A stretch of 64,000 bases of DNA from Eledone cirrhosa. Taxonomy: Eukaryota. Both the position numbers and the translations under genes were made by a program. Within the stretch, counting starts at the first letter, position 1. The number at the start of each line of letters is the position of its first letter. The DNA is taken from contig OZ024740.1 of assembly GCA_964016885.1 (NCBI GenBank), forward strand, positions 359,724,001-359,788,000, in the 5' to 3' direction. Positions 27,394 through 42,600 of this stretch are shown here, piece by piece. The notes under the pieces were generated by a model that ran no database searches, had not been told where the DNA came from, and saw only the letters and a program-made list of their open reading frames with translations.

Positions 27394-30300
27394 GTACCAT
27401 CATCACCATCATCATTTTACGTCCGCTTTTCCCTGCTTGCAAAAAAGCAATTTTTTGTACCCTCAGCTGGGTGAGTTAGAATTTTTTTAATATAACACCT
27501 GTATGTATAACTTTTCAATTCCAATTACTTGCACCAAGCTAACTTTGATATGTAAAATTGGGGGGGTTTGCTGTGTATTCTAATTTTTTTGTGTATGAGG
27601 TGCCCCAAAAAACTGAAGTGCCCTGGGCCACCCAAGGTCTAAATCCAACCCTGATGCTGATGTTATTTTTATTAACCCTTTCATTATTGTATTCATAATG
27701 AAATACTTTGTATTTTATTTAATTAATGAAGAATTTGGTAAGGATATATGCTAACATTATAATTTATGATTTGGAACATAAAATGTTCTTATATAAAATT
27801 GTTGGAAAGTTTTAATTTAAGTTGGAACCCTTTAAAATGTGTTGTTAAATTTATTAGAAGCAAAGGTGGTTTGGGGCAGGTTGGTATCAAAATGGTTAAA
27901 CTATAGTAAAATCCTTATTTACCTCAGCTATTAAAGATTGGTCCCCTAAAATGGCCTTTTTCTCCTCTTCAAGCCGTTGTTGTTGTTCCTGCATATATGC
28001 CTCAGCATCCACATTGTTTTCAGTTACTTCTGCTTCCTCCTCTTCATCTGATATTGCCTCTCCACCTAAAGATGACAAAAAGACAAACAAAAAATACAGA
28101 AATAGAGGTTTTTAATACACATTTTACCAACGTTATTGGGTTCATCACATCATCATTATTATTACTGTTTAATGTCTATGCTTGCATGGTTAAGACAGGT
28201 TGTCATGTTCTGAGGTTGGATTAATCAGGTGACTACATCTTGCATACATATTCCGTATATGGCTTGATTTCTATGGCTGCATGCCCTTCCTACTGCCAAC
28301 TAGTTTACAGCATGTACTGGGAGCATTTTATCCTGACACCAGTACTACCACCTTGAGTCAAGTCATAAATCAATTTTTTTTTAAACCTTCACTTAATTCA
28401 ATTTATTATAATTTCTCTTATAAATACAAGATTTGTGTCAAGTCTAAAATAAATTTGTATTTTTCAGGCATAAACCAATGATTCATACTCGCTATATTTG
28501 ACTATCACAGATGAAGCATGGGGCATAATTCACTATCACAGTACTTAACAGTTGTTGGTGCAGCAAACAAAACCCAGTGTGAAAGGAAACTGGTGATCTG
28601 TGTCACCAAGTCAGTACACAAACTAATCAAGTTTGAATAAGTTTATACACCACATGGAGAAAAAAATTATTATATTAGAATTTATGTCTCCCTGTAGTAT
28701 TATTCAAGGCTCAATACTTGTAACTGTAAATAAGTATAACAGGGAAGGAAAACCTACTGACTGCAAGTGACAACAACTGATGAATGTTTCATCAGCTTCG
28801 TATAACTTGGTATAACAGCATTGGTATAACTTATGAAGGCACATGGCTTAGTGGTTAGAGCATCGGGTTTACAATTGCGAGGTTGTGAGTTTGATTCTTG
28901 GACTGGGTGATGCATTGTGTTCTTGAGCAAGACACTTTATTTCACGTTGCTCCAGTTCACTCAGCTATAGAAATGAGTTGTGATGTCACTGGTGTCAAAC
29001 TATATCGACCTTTGCCTTTCCCTTGGACAACATCGGTAGTGTGGAGAGGGGAGGCAGATATGCATGGGCGACTGCTGGTTTTCAACAAACAACCTTGCCT
29101 GCACTTGTGCCTCAGAGGGGAACTTTCTAGGTGCAAATCCCATGGTTATTCATGACCGGTATAACTTTGAGAGAAGTGAGCTCTGCCATATTTAGTTATA
29201 CAGCATGAAACCACATTCTTGAAACAGTACTATAACTTCATCACATTAAAAATTAAAGCCTTTACTTTAGTTTACTACAAATATTCACAATGATCTGTCC
29301 ACTAGTAAAGATACTATAAACATTCGCAGGGAACGCATATGTGAAATGGTGATGATGATTATTATTATTTGAATTAACAAACCTGTTTTCAGATATTTTC
29401 TACTAAGTCATTACAGGATGTCAAGAGTTAAAGAAAAAAAAACAATAAATAGAACAAAACCTATTTATTGATATTAATTAGTATTAGCAATCATATACAA
29501 TATTCTCAGGTTTCAATGATACCAGAAAGCTGCACTAATTAACTTACTGTCCAATCGTTTTTTGGTCTTTTTCTTGCCATGAGATCCTCGTGCAGCTAGG
29601 TGAGCTTTTAATCTGAAATAAAAGAAATACTTAGATATTTTAGGGACTGTAAAAAAAACCCATTATTTCAACCAAGACACAAAGGCTATGAACTATTAAC
29701 TGAATGGGCACGAGTTCAAATGTTTCTACAGCTACTGTGATTTAATACTTAGGAAGATACATAAATCTACACCATTGATAACAGGTTTTGCTTCAATACT
29801 ACAGTTGAATATTTTATGGTAAAAATATCCTATTACTAACCATTCATGGATTAGAATACAAAACTTCTTGAGGAAAACATCAATTTTAGGTGTATATAAT
29901 ACACACACATTATATATATATATTTGATGTGCAATCTTCCTGGTATTCACATGGCAAACACTCCATATATATATGCAGAAAATGTGTAAAAAAACAGTTG
30001 AAAGGACCCTTCAATTGTGTCAAAGACACAAAAATCTCTCTAGAATAGGTGACATGATAAAATGCACCCAGTACACATGTAAAGTTATTGTTGATAAAAG
30101 GAGCATCCAACCTAGAAAACTTGCTTAACAAAAGATCAGGAAGACTCTTTACAACCTCCCTAATTCTGATGCCATGATAAAATGCACCCAGCACATCTGT
30201 GGGAACATATGTAAGGAAGATGCAGTTTCTTGTCTGCCTAGAGATCAGTGACTTCATTTAAATACTGACTTGGTCTGTGACAAAACATTCAACCCTTGCT

Positions 30301-33300
30301 AACAGAGATGATGAACATTAAATGATGAGAACAATAAAAAGTAATTTTGCATGTGTACACACACACATTCACTGAATTTTCATTATTCTGTCATAAGATA
30401 ATTGTTCCTAAAATACTAGATTAGATTACATGGCAGAACAAAATACAAAATTCTTGCTGAGCACCAACCTTGCAATTTCTTCTTGGAATTCACGTAGCAG
30501 AGCATCTTTAGGATCCTCATTAATTTTAGGCTTGTTCTTTATGTTTTTGGCCCTGTTTGCATATCTGTAGGCATTGGCAAGAAAAAAAATTAGAGAAATG
30601 AACTTCCACACATTACTTTACGACTATCATTCTACTGCCTATCTTACAGAATTTTGTCTTATTTTTTCATGTTTTTAGCAGAGAGGTAGCATAATGATTT
30701 TTAAAAAAAAAGACGTAATAGGAGTTAATAGTTTAGTCAATAACTTGTTTATTAATCAACTGTTTATGTGTGACTCACAAGCTTTCTCTGCATCCAATAA
30801 CATCTAAATTTGTAGCCTTTATCAGACATTTTATTAACACTAAATTATATAAATGTCTGCACCAACATTGAAGAATCAAACACAACCAAATTGCCTTTCT
30901 ATAATCCAGTTCATTCTGGTACACCAAATTATAATTAGATTAGATGAACAAATAACAGCCATTAAAATGCTTGTCTCTATCTCTTATTCTTTAAATAAAA
31001 TTATTGAGCTAACACAAGAGCCTCTATACATTTCCTCAACTTATGAAATAAATAACAACCAAACAACCCTCCAATGAAAAGAAGGGCATATTGGATAACA
31101 TAGTGCTAGATCAGTGTTTGAGAAAATGAAGATGGGCTAGTTATAGCTGGAACATCTTTAATATAGCTTTGTTTATTCAGTGCTGATCGAGAGGTAAATA
31201 TCAACATGACAATTTTAAGGGAAATGCCAACTAAAAAATAACAATAAAATCAAACCAACAAATAGCTGACTTTTCTCTGTAAAGGTCAGAAATACTGTCC
31301 TTACTTTTATAACTAAGTTGAAAAAATATATATAAAAAGAAACTCCAAAGCCAATAAAGCAATGATCTGAAATTATTGCATTACCTCAGGAAATACTAAT
31401 AAAAATATCCTGAGATTCAGCAATTCTGAAGAAGCATATTTTCAAATCCAAATAGCTGGAACAAAGACTTTTGTCTGATCTTCTAGCTTCAGTTTCTTGC
31501 AACTACTTTATACTATTATGGTGAAACAGTTCTAAGATAAGGATATAATAAACAAAAAATTATCATGCAGAAGCTAATTCTTTACCTCAATGTTGTAATG
31601 GATTCATCATAGTTATAACTGGCTGGGCCTATATTTGCAACCATAACAGTACGAGCATTTCCTCCCAGAGAATCTATAAAATAGCAAGAAAATACTGAGT
31701 AGAGCACATGGTATTAGTCTTGTCTACAATAACTGTGTGTAGGGAGGTGGGTGTGTTTGACTGAACAAGGTATCAGCTTTTCAGTTGACAGATTATAAGT
31801 TCATGTTTTGCATGATTAAAACACTTCATTCTATGTTGGCCTAGTTCTTGGTTTTTCTGGAAAAATTACTTGAAAGACTATCAACCCATCCAGTAGAATA
31901 GAGATATTGATTTGTAATCTACTTAATGATACAGAAATCATGAAATTAAGCAATAATCTAATGAAGTAGTGTTGTTTATGAAGGGATTAATTAATTAATT
32001 AATTTAATAGATAGATAGATATAAACAGGCATAAAAGAATGATGGTGATGATGGGCAGTAGCTGTAGGATATTGCTAATCAAGAGGCAATGAGCAAAACT
32101 ACTGTTGAGCAGTTACTGACATTCATTCACAAACTATTTTTGACTATTTATGCATGGATTTAAGGGATCAAACCTAGCCATATCTAATTAGAGAATGGTG
32201 AAAAATTAAAATTGTAAGCTATAAACAACTTGTTAATTAACCTGCTGCTTAGCAGGTAAACGAGTGTTACTGCATCCTTCAAAACTTCCATGCTTCCCGA
32301 AATTTGCCAACACTACACCTGATATTGCCCCTCCACCCACACGCACATATGTATCTGTGTGTATATCGTGACTCATACACTGTTCACTTTCCTAATATTT
32401 GTACATTATTCTATGTACTATACATGCACCTTTGACAAGTTGTAGTGCACCTGAGAACTGTACACAATAATTTACATTATTATTATTATATCTGAAAAAA
32501 CTCCTGCAGAATGAATTTTTATTGTTCTGACATATTTATTATAGAAATCTTAAATTATGATATACCAATGAGAGCTAAAATGTCATTTTATCTTGATAAA
32601 AAGATAACTAATCCATGAAAAATTAATATGTCAAGATTGTTTCTTTCAAAATGTTTATGTTATTAGTTTATTTAGTAGGTTGTTAAGAGAAAATAAGTCA
32701 GAAAGCAAAAAAAAAATCTAAATTCACACACACAGATGTGTGTGTAAGTGGATATAAACATTGCAGGGGGACTTTAATGGACACGTTGGACAATACTATG
32801 ATGGCTTCTACAGAGTCCATAGAGGCTATGGACTTAGCGCAAGAAATGAGGATTTCCGGCTTCTAGAAATCAGCGGTGCCAATGATCTATCTATATGCAA
32901 CACAAACTTCCAAAAGCCAGACAACCACCTGATCAGATTGGAAAGAAATGAAGCTTGCATGCTTCGATGGATGTGCAATAAATGAACAGCAAAGCATAAA
33001 TAAACTGAGAGAGAAACTGGGCATAAGAAGGATAGATGTAGTGTGCAGATGTGTTGGTATGGACATGCGGTGTGTATGAAGAATGACAACTGCATAAAAA
33101 GGTGCAGAGTGCTCAAAGTTGATGGACGCTATAGGGTAAGAAAACCTAGGAAGATTAGCGATGAGGTAATAAAAACAGACTTTACACAATTGCACCTCTC
33201 GAAGGCTATGACACAGGACCAAGATCTCTGGTGTCATGCAGAAGACCCCACCTTCCGCTGTGCACGGGTTGAAACATACATCCAGTATGCACCTTCCCCT

Positions 33301-33637
33301 CCCACACCCTAACACCCAAACCCCACCCCACACTGTAAAGTGAACATTTTGTTTCCACAACAAAAAATATCCAGAGCACACTGTAAAATGGTCATGTAGG
33401 TGTCATGACAGAAAGAGCCCAGCCCACGCTGTAAAGTGGTCATGTAGGTGTCACAAAAAACGCACTCAGTACACACTGGAAATGTGGTTGGCATTAGGAA
33501 GGGTATCCAGCCATAGAAACTAAGCCATAACCAGTTCTGTATGAGCAAGACATGGTTACCTAATCTAACTTGTCACACAACAGAACAACTCATCTAGCCC
33601 ATGCTAGCATGGAAAAATGGACGTTAAACAGTGATGA

Positions 33638-33689
<52 letters not shown>

Positions 33690-36600
33690 TTTGACATCCA
33701 CTTTTCCCTGCTTATATATATATATATATATTATAATAAAACTCAGGATAAACATAAACCGTTGAGTGCTTGACATCTGTTATGAAAAAGTTGGTAGATT
33801 TTTAATCAACCAACCTTCTTTAACTGAATATATATATATATATATATATATATACTATATTTCCCAGCGCCAAAGACGCTTCATCCTCGAGGACGCACCC
33901 TAATTTTGACAACCAAAAATTTGAATAAAAATAATAAACAACCTTCAGCCTCCAGGACGCATGGTAGATTTTTGAGACTTATTTTAGGAAAAAAGTAGTG
34001 TCTTCGACGCCGGGAAATACGGTATATATCATGAATAGATAGTCATTCTTTTTTAATCCACCATGTTACATATAATGAAATAATCATAATCATCCCGACT
34101 ATATCAGGCATGCTGTTTGCTGTGTAAGAACAGAGTGCAGCACTTAAAATAATAGGAATTAAGTCAGAGTATAATTAGGCTGCTAGTGATGTGGGGTATG
34201 TTCTAGAAAAATTATGATTTTTCTAGTGAGTGACTATACAAAAATTACAGGAAGTGATGTAAGAGTAAAAATAAATGAGATGGTATGAACATGCAATGAA
34301 AGGAAATATGATTACCTTGTAAAAGCCGTGTCAGTTTGGAATCTCGATATGGAATATGGGAGCTTTTACCATCAACTAGAGCTGATATAACATTACCAAG
34401 AGCAGACAGAGACAGATTGATTTTTGTGGCTTCTTTTAAACGCTCTCCCTGTGAAAAACAAAGTTTTTCAATCAAATCACATACATACACAATTTCCTTT
34501 CCACATTCAACAAATATCAATTCTGAATCAAATTGAAAAAAAAGAAAAGTTGGTAAATGAATAAATTCAAAGTGATGTCCACTTTATGAAGTTATAGTTA
34601 ATATGTAGCCACAAACTAGGAAGCCATGTACAACAAATATTTAAGGTTCTACAAGAGTAGGGGATCAATGGACAGCTTCTTCTTGCCCTGATGTCTATAC
34701 AAATGTCCTAGTATTTGTGTTCTGTTGAATGGTGCTAAGACGAAACCATTCAATGTGGGTGTTGGACTCAGCCAAGGATGTGTACTGTCATGTCCCCTGT
34801 TCATAATCTTCATGGCCAAGATTGACATGCACACCTGGTGAATCTAGGATCAGTTGGCTGAAATTTGTGAACATAGTAATACTTAACTCGTCAGAAAGTG
34901 ATCTCTGACATGCATTTGATAGGTTTAATGTTGAGTGACAGAAATTAAAATCAGTGCTGCAAAGACCGAGACACTCGTTCTCTTAAGGAAGCCAATGCAG
35001 TGTACTTTATATATGAGTGAAGTTCCACTGAAGAAGGTGGAGAAGTTCAAGCATCTCAGGGCCATTTTTACAAGTGATGGAAGGCAGGAGGCTGAATTAA
35101 GTGCAAGAATTGCAGGAGCTTAAGCATTTGGTCATCAAAAGAAAGGAGGTAGGTGTAAAAGCCAAACTTCAATTTGGTATTTGTGTCATCCCTTACTTAT
35201 GGTCATGAATCTTGGAAAATGACCAAAAGAATACAATTGGTTACATAGGAGACAGCTACTTCTAACAGAACCTGCTAGAATGCATGCTTGAGGCCTCTGC
35301 CCCCAAGACCTCACCGGGAGGAGGCGGAGGGGAAGAAGAGGGGTAAGAGAATGGGGGGGGGGTGCAAATGACATGGAATAAACTAAAACTGGTGGAGGAC
35401 CGAATTTAAGGCAATTTCAGATTTTTTAAATTCTGAAATTGAAATTTGAACATGCATTGGAAATTGAATTAAGAAAACTGGAATTTAAATTAATAAAAAA
35501 ATTTCACTGGATTTTTATTTAATTTTCAATTCTAATTTTAAAAGTTTTTTTGGTTTATGAACTGAAATTTCAGTTGTCATGAATTTGAAATAAAAAAAGT
35601 AGAAAAACACCATTTTTGGTTATCCCTGCACCCCTATCACAGCTCACCCTACTCTAGAATTCTTTAAAATAAATGCAAAATGTTAGACTTACCGTAGAAC
35701 CAGTTTTAGTTTGTCGTTCACTACCAGCTAAATCAACCAAATTCAGTTTACCAACACGGATATGATTTTCTCCATCAACACCCATCTTCAGAGAAAAGAA
35801 AAAATAACTAAAGTGTTACAGTTGAATCCAAGAGGAAGTAAGCAATGGTTTTTATGTCTGCAAATAGTAAGAAAAAAAAGTTTTACAATGTGGAATAAAA
35901 CATTTTGCCAAAAGAGAAGTATAACGTTTTGGTATGATTCCTGATAAAATAATAAAAAAATGTTCAGGTTGTATCAATCAATAGACCTACTAGGTACCTG
36001 GTAAACTTCACCCACAAATAACCCTAGAATTACTTGGACCAAACATAGACCAATGACCCATTGATGGATACCACTGGCTATGAAAACTCAACTAAGTGAC
36101 TCAATCATCGGAAATCAGACAAATTGAGCAAAGAATGGAGATAATTTCTAATTAGAAACCAAAGTAATTATGAAGGAAATTCAAGCTTGAACTTTATTTG
36201 TAGCATCAAATGTTAATTCCGCTAGTATTAAATTGTAGCAGAGTTAGTATCCTACTTAAATAGAATGTTAGTATTAGTAGCAGTAAAGTTAAGGTGTTGG
36301 ATTTCTGACCATAAAGGTTATCAGCTAAGGTTTTACAACAGACATGGTATTGTCCTTCTTGATTCTGATTACTTTGGTCTGACAGGAAAGCTTACTTGCT
36401 CCAACTATTCAAGTTGTAAACATTTAAATTTTCAAAACAATCTCATCCCTAATGTTTAACTTTTAATATCCTATACCACATGAAACCACATTAGCAAGAT
36501 GTTCTTGTTAAGTACAAAACAGCATTATGACTGCGTTACATTAAAAATTAAAATCTTTGCTTTTCACAACAGTCTGTCTACTAGTAAAGATACTATAAAC

Positions 36601-39600
36601 ATTTGAATTAATAAACATGCCTTTATATATTTTCTGCTAAATCATTACAAGGTATTAAGAGTTAAATAATATACTAAATACATCATAACATTGAGATGTA
36701 CCTAGAAAGGATCCTTCATTCCCTTCTGGTTGTCTCCTATGATATTTTCTTTTCACCAATGTCTAATGAGTTAAATGAGACAAATATTTGCTCATCAGTC
36801 AAAATGATATAATACAAAATGGATGACCAACTTGCATGTCAAGATTAAATCCATTTCTATGCATCTTAGTTCACCTGACTCTTGAGAATAGGCAGCAAAT
36901 AATAAGAATGTTACTTGTAACAGACTTTCACCCAACTCAGGGGAAGATTTATCCCTCATCCTCCATGCCTTAAAATTGCAGCTAAACTCTGCCTTTTGCA
37001 AACACTTTAGAATTTCATGATGCAGTCAGTTACAGCTGCATTACATAGACAATCACAGCATATTTGGAAATAAATAAATAAGTATTTGTGCATGAATGTA
37101 TACTTTGTGTGAGTGTGTGTGTACATGCAGATATTCAAACATATTTACCTCACTGCATTCTATAGTGATAATAAAAATGGCATGTGACCGGGAACTGTGC
37201 TCATTCATATTTGTAGCGCTGGATAAATAGATATTAATAGCTAACTGTTTTGTGCAACCAGCAATGAATACATATTTGCAAAAAATATTTAAGCTACACT
37301 GCATTCACAAAATTTTTTAAATATGTTAAATGATACATTTTTAAAAAATGAACCCTTGGAATGCTGGTTTCAGCAAACTCTTTAGTTGAATCATCTTGAA
37401 CCTCCAGATATTTCATGCATTATTGTATTTTTTTGTTTAAATTTTATTTGTAAATTCATACCATTGCCATCTCAATCTCTTCCATTCTTGCCATTTTCTG
37501 TATATCTTTCGAACTCAAAATTACTACTGCTACTACTAGTACTACTACTACTGCTAGTACTACTACTACTGATTTTATAATCAGAAATATGCACAACTTT
37601 GTCACAACTAAACCACACATCTACTGACAATGTTTATTTCTGTCATCATGATAGTCAAAACAGGAATGATTTTTTTTTTTTAACTCGTATTACAAATGAA
37701 AAGGGGTTACACAAAATAAAGAATCTCCATTCTTTTATTCTTTTATTTATTTCAGTCATAAGACTGCAGCCATGCTGGGCCACTGCCTTGATCTAGTTGA
37801 TCACATCGACTACAGTACTTACATTTTCAGGCCTGGTACTTATTCTATCAATCCCTTTTTTGCCAAACTACTACGTTATGGGACTTAAACAGACACAGAT
37901 GCACACACATACACACACGACTAGATTCCAAGGTTTCTGCATACCAAATTCTATTTACAAGAGATTGATCAAACCAAAAACCATATGGTTGTGAAACAAA
38001 CTCCTTAATTAGAAAGCCATATTTGCATCTATACTTTTCTTAATCTATTTTTTTTTTTTATGTAGCACAGTTGTACCAACAGATTTGTGACATTTAGACT
38101 GCCTGTCATTAATGGCATCCTTCTATTCAGTATCAACTGTTTATCATCCATACAAAAATGTGCAAATTTGGTTATTCTAAAACAATGAGTACCTGCTCAG
38201 TTCCAGAGAAAGGACATTGTAAAGCATGAGAAGACATTACTCCTTGATTGTATGGTAGTGGATTGGCAGAATCATTAGAACATTTGTTGGATAAAATGCT
38301 TTGCAGCATTTGTCTGGCTCATTACATTCTAAGTTCAAATACTGTTGAAGTCAACTTTGTCTTTCATTCTTCCGGTGCTGATAAGATAAAGTACCGGTCA
38401 AGTACTGGGGTCTATATAATCGACTTTCCCTGTCCCTCAAAATTGCTGGCCTTGTGCTTAAATTAGAAACTGTTATTCTTTGATTTTATATAAACAAGCA
38501 GTATATGCCAGTTACAGGGGTATATGTACATTCATATTGTGGTTGGCACACCAGAAGCTTAGGTTCAAAGAGTTAAATATTATATTTTACTATAAACAAG
38601 AGAAAGAGTTCAATGGACATTGAAATAGAACTTAATATTTCATAAAGCTATAATGAAAAGGCTCTAGGAATATTACAGCTTTTCTTTATGAATCACCATT
38701 ATCGTCTCTTCTTAAGTTAATCTGTGAAGGGATACAAATAAAGTGTTCAGAAACAATCGTTTGATTATTCTACATAATCAACCTTGCTAAAATTTAACAC
38801 TGCCACACTAGAAGCAAGAGGATAGTCCATAAATATGCAAAATTTGACAGAAGCATCCAACTTATTGTGTGGAAAAGCAAAAAACAAAACAAAAATGTAT
38901 TACCAGCTAGTTATTGGGTTAAATAAGGGAGTAACAAAAGTGAGTAACAAAAGTATTATATGTGATAGAGTTAGTGCAAGGTGTGAATGGTTCTTTAATA
39001 GGAAAAGAAAATTAGCTCTAACTTGGGTTTATCTAAAAGTCAAACATATTTTGTACTACAAAAAAGACAACTAATTTCTTCAAGAATAAATATATATTCT
39101 TTGTTATAATTAAGTGGTGAGTCATGTTACTCTATCATTTCCCCTGTGTGCTCACAGGATCATCAGACAAGACTGGGTCAGGTCTGATGATCTTGTCAGT
39201 GCAGAGGTTGACTGATGAGAAGAGACTGTTTATTTTATCATTGTCTTTGTCCTCTGCAATCCCCGCTTTCTGTTTTGGTTTTGGCAAGATCCAGTTATTT
39301 GAAATTTATAACATCCAGTATTTACACTATACTGAACTGGTAAATTTATACTTTCATAATTTTTTATACAGCTTAACCCAGTGTGAGTAAATTTATTGTG
39401 CATTCAGTTAATATCCTTTTACAGTTTATTCTGTGAGTTTTTGGTATTTCTGTCAATATAAACTGACATTTCAATTTTGATGAGTTTGTTTTTTTCCTGA
39501 TGAAATTATGTCAATAGATTGATGTATAATATTTTTGTTTAATACATCAACAATGCAATTATTTTACCATTCATTATGGACTAATTGTATATTTATCGTC

Positions 39601-42600
39601 ATTAATCAAAATAGTTTTAGAAAAATAAATGTTTTTGAATTAATTGATATCATTGGTTGACTCTCTTTAAACCTTATATTATGTCTTGTAACATGGCTTA
39701 TCTTCAATTGTTCTGATCTTACACTATATATTGCTACATGGATTAGTTTAACTTGTATAATTGATGATAATTATAATACATTGAGCTTATCCATATCTTG
39801 ATATATATGACTTCAGTGGATACCTCCATTTATAATTCAATCCTTTATATCATCATCATCATTTTACGTCCGCTTTTCCCTGCTTGCAAGGGTGGGACGG
39901 GAACTGATTCTGGCTTGATTTCTACAGCTGGATGCCCTTCCTAACACCAACCTCATTTACAGTGAGTGCTGGGTGCTTTTTTGCCGTGGCACCTCCACGA
40001 CCACTTTATAGTGGAATGATAGGGACTGGGGTCCCTATCATCTCATTTCTACAGCTGAGTAAACTGGAGCAATGTGAAATAAAGTTTCTTGCTCAAGGAA
40101 ACAACACATCACCCGGTCTGAGAATTGAACTCACAACCTTTTGATTGCAATGCCAATGCTCTAACCACATATATATATATATATATTTTTTTTCTCTAAA
40201 AACATTTTTTTTTTATTCCGCCCTGCCCGCCCCTTCAATCTTTCTAATTTCTCATTCTTTCTTATGATGAAGGACTAGTGCCCTCTTCCTGCTATTTCAA
40301 GTGTTAAACTAATTTAATTCTTCCATATACTGTACCGATTGTATTGTTATTTCTGTTTACCTTTTACATACACACACATATATATATAATAGTAATATTA
40401 ATGAGAGTAAAATTTTACTCATTTACTAGGTGTATTTTAACTCAATGTTGAGTGATATGTATTGGTATTTTAATTAAACTCTGATGACACCCTAGTCTAT
40501 GCTCACTTATGGCAAATTGTTAAATGAAACGATTTGCTTTATGTGGTATATCACTGCGGAAAGAAACAATTTTCAGTAATTGAATGCCTTGAACTTTTAA
40601 ATTTTGGGTTTATAAGCAAATTGTAACTATATATATATGTGTGTGTGTGTGTAGATACAAGCTCTTCTGGGTAGATAATGACGATGGGGTAGGTGGAGTA
40701 ATCATTCTACTAGCTGAGAAGTGGATGGATAAGGTAATCAAAGTAGTTAGAGTAAATGACAGAATTATCAAACACAAAACAGTCATAGTCAATAGAATGA
40801 CAATTATCTCTAACTATGCACCACAAGCAGGACTAAGTAAGCAACAAGAGGACTGCCTTTATGAGCAATCTTTACAGACAACCTCAGTTACTGATGACAG
40901 AGACTTCATCAGTTTGGCAGGCAACTTCAATAGACATGTTGGACAGCACAAGGATGTTACACGGTGGCTATAGCTATGGATCAAGAAATGAAGAGGGAAT
41001 CAGGCTCTAGGAATTCTGTGATGCAAATGATATAACCATTTGCAGCACTAACTTCAGGAAACCTGCCAGCCACTTGATCACCTACCAGTCAGGTGAACAC
41101 GCAAGCCGGATTGACTTCATATTTGTTAGAAAACGAGATAGATAAATGACTAAAAATATTAAGACCTTCCCAGAGAAGAATACGCTGTCCAACATGAGTT
41201 GGTTATTAGTGACATTGGAATAAACACAAAACAGAAGAGGTAACACAGGAAAATCTGGAAACTAAAGGACTTTTCTGTTAAGTTTAGATTCAGGAAAGCT
41301 TTATGTGAAACATATGAGAAGGAAAATGAGTTAGACACATATGACAATCGGAAGTCTTATGTGATAAGCTACTATAGACTACTGAAGAGATTTGTGACTG
41401 GAGCAAAGCACCAACCAGACAGCGGGCGACATGGTGGCGGAAAAGCACAATAGAGAGCCATTAAAGCTAAAAGACTGGCGTAGAAAAACTGGAAAAATGG
41501 GTACAGTATAGACCAGTACCAGGTAGCTAAAAGAGAGGCTAGATGACAGGTATACATTGCATGAAAAGAGGCTGAAAGAAGGAGGTTTGCCTATGTCTTG
41601 TGACAAGAAGATCAGAGATGTGAGGTGTTCCACCCTGCATAGGAGTGTGAATCAGGATAATGTTGGGGAAAAGTGTATTTGAAATGACACTAGCTTCACT
41701 GATACACAAAAGAAAAGCCTGGAAGAAAATGAAAGAAAAGCAAGTTAAGATGAAATCAGTAAAGTTAACCATTTTGTGACCATATTTATAATGAAATACA
41801 CAGTATTTCAATTAATTAATGAAGAAGTTGGAACAATTAACTAAAATTATAAAAATGGTATTTGTAACATAATGTATAGTTCTTATATAAATTAGCATGA
41901 GAATACTTTAAAATCTGTAGTCATGTTTCATAGAACCAGAGGCAGTTTAAGGACAGTTTGGTATCATAAAGATTAATGTGCTTCATTTCTTAAAATGTTT
42001 CTTTTATTTATTTAAATATTACGCTAAAAATAAAGAAAATAGTAAAAAAAAAAATGTTCAAAAACCTATACCAAAATGTCAACATTGGTTGGTTAGTCTT
42101 GAAAAATGAAATTATATGTTACATATCAAAAGGTTCAATTTTGAGATCATTTCATCAGTTAAAATGGCTAAATGGTTAAAATATAGAACAATCAGATCAT
42201 AGGTCATGATTTTATACTCTGCTCGAATCTTTTAGTATGACATTTAAGTGTACTTGTTACAGTTTACTAATATGGAGTAAGCCAACATGGGAGCTATTAC
42301 ATGGTTGCTAGAAATAGCAGTCAAATCTCCCTTGAATTATAGTCTACCATCTTAAAAAGAAAAGACGTTAGATGATGTAATCCTAGATAAAGTTTACCAC
42401 CATAAAAAAAGGAAGGGTACATTAGATGATGATGTCCAAGATGCACTACAAATGGAAAAAGCACTGAGCCAAAACTGAAGCTAAACAACAACTAAAAAAA
42501 GAAGTTAACAGCAATAAAGTAACATGTATAGAGGGTTAGATTTGTTTCTAATGGGCTTATCAATTCAGAAACATGAGTTAAGCACCAGAATTAGGCACCA

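Noticed and set aside
28833-28910. tRNA gene
   Set aside because: The A and B boxes belong to a SINE head: it continues into a shared core and tail and is bounded by a TSD.
38065-38150. Possible duplicated or mutually exclusive motor exon (KSVGTT resembles NRAVGAT)
   Set aside because: Similarity is limited to a few residues, and there are no matching splice sites or phase.
40478-40540. Hammerhead ribozyme core (ctgatga...gaaac) suggesting a Penelope remnant
   Set aside because: I could not form stems II and III; the motif alone is expected by chance.
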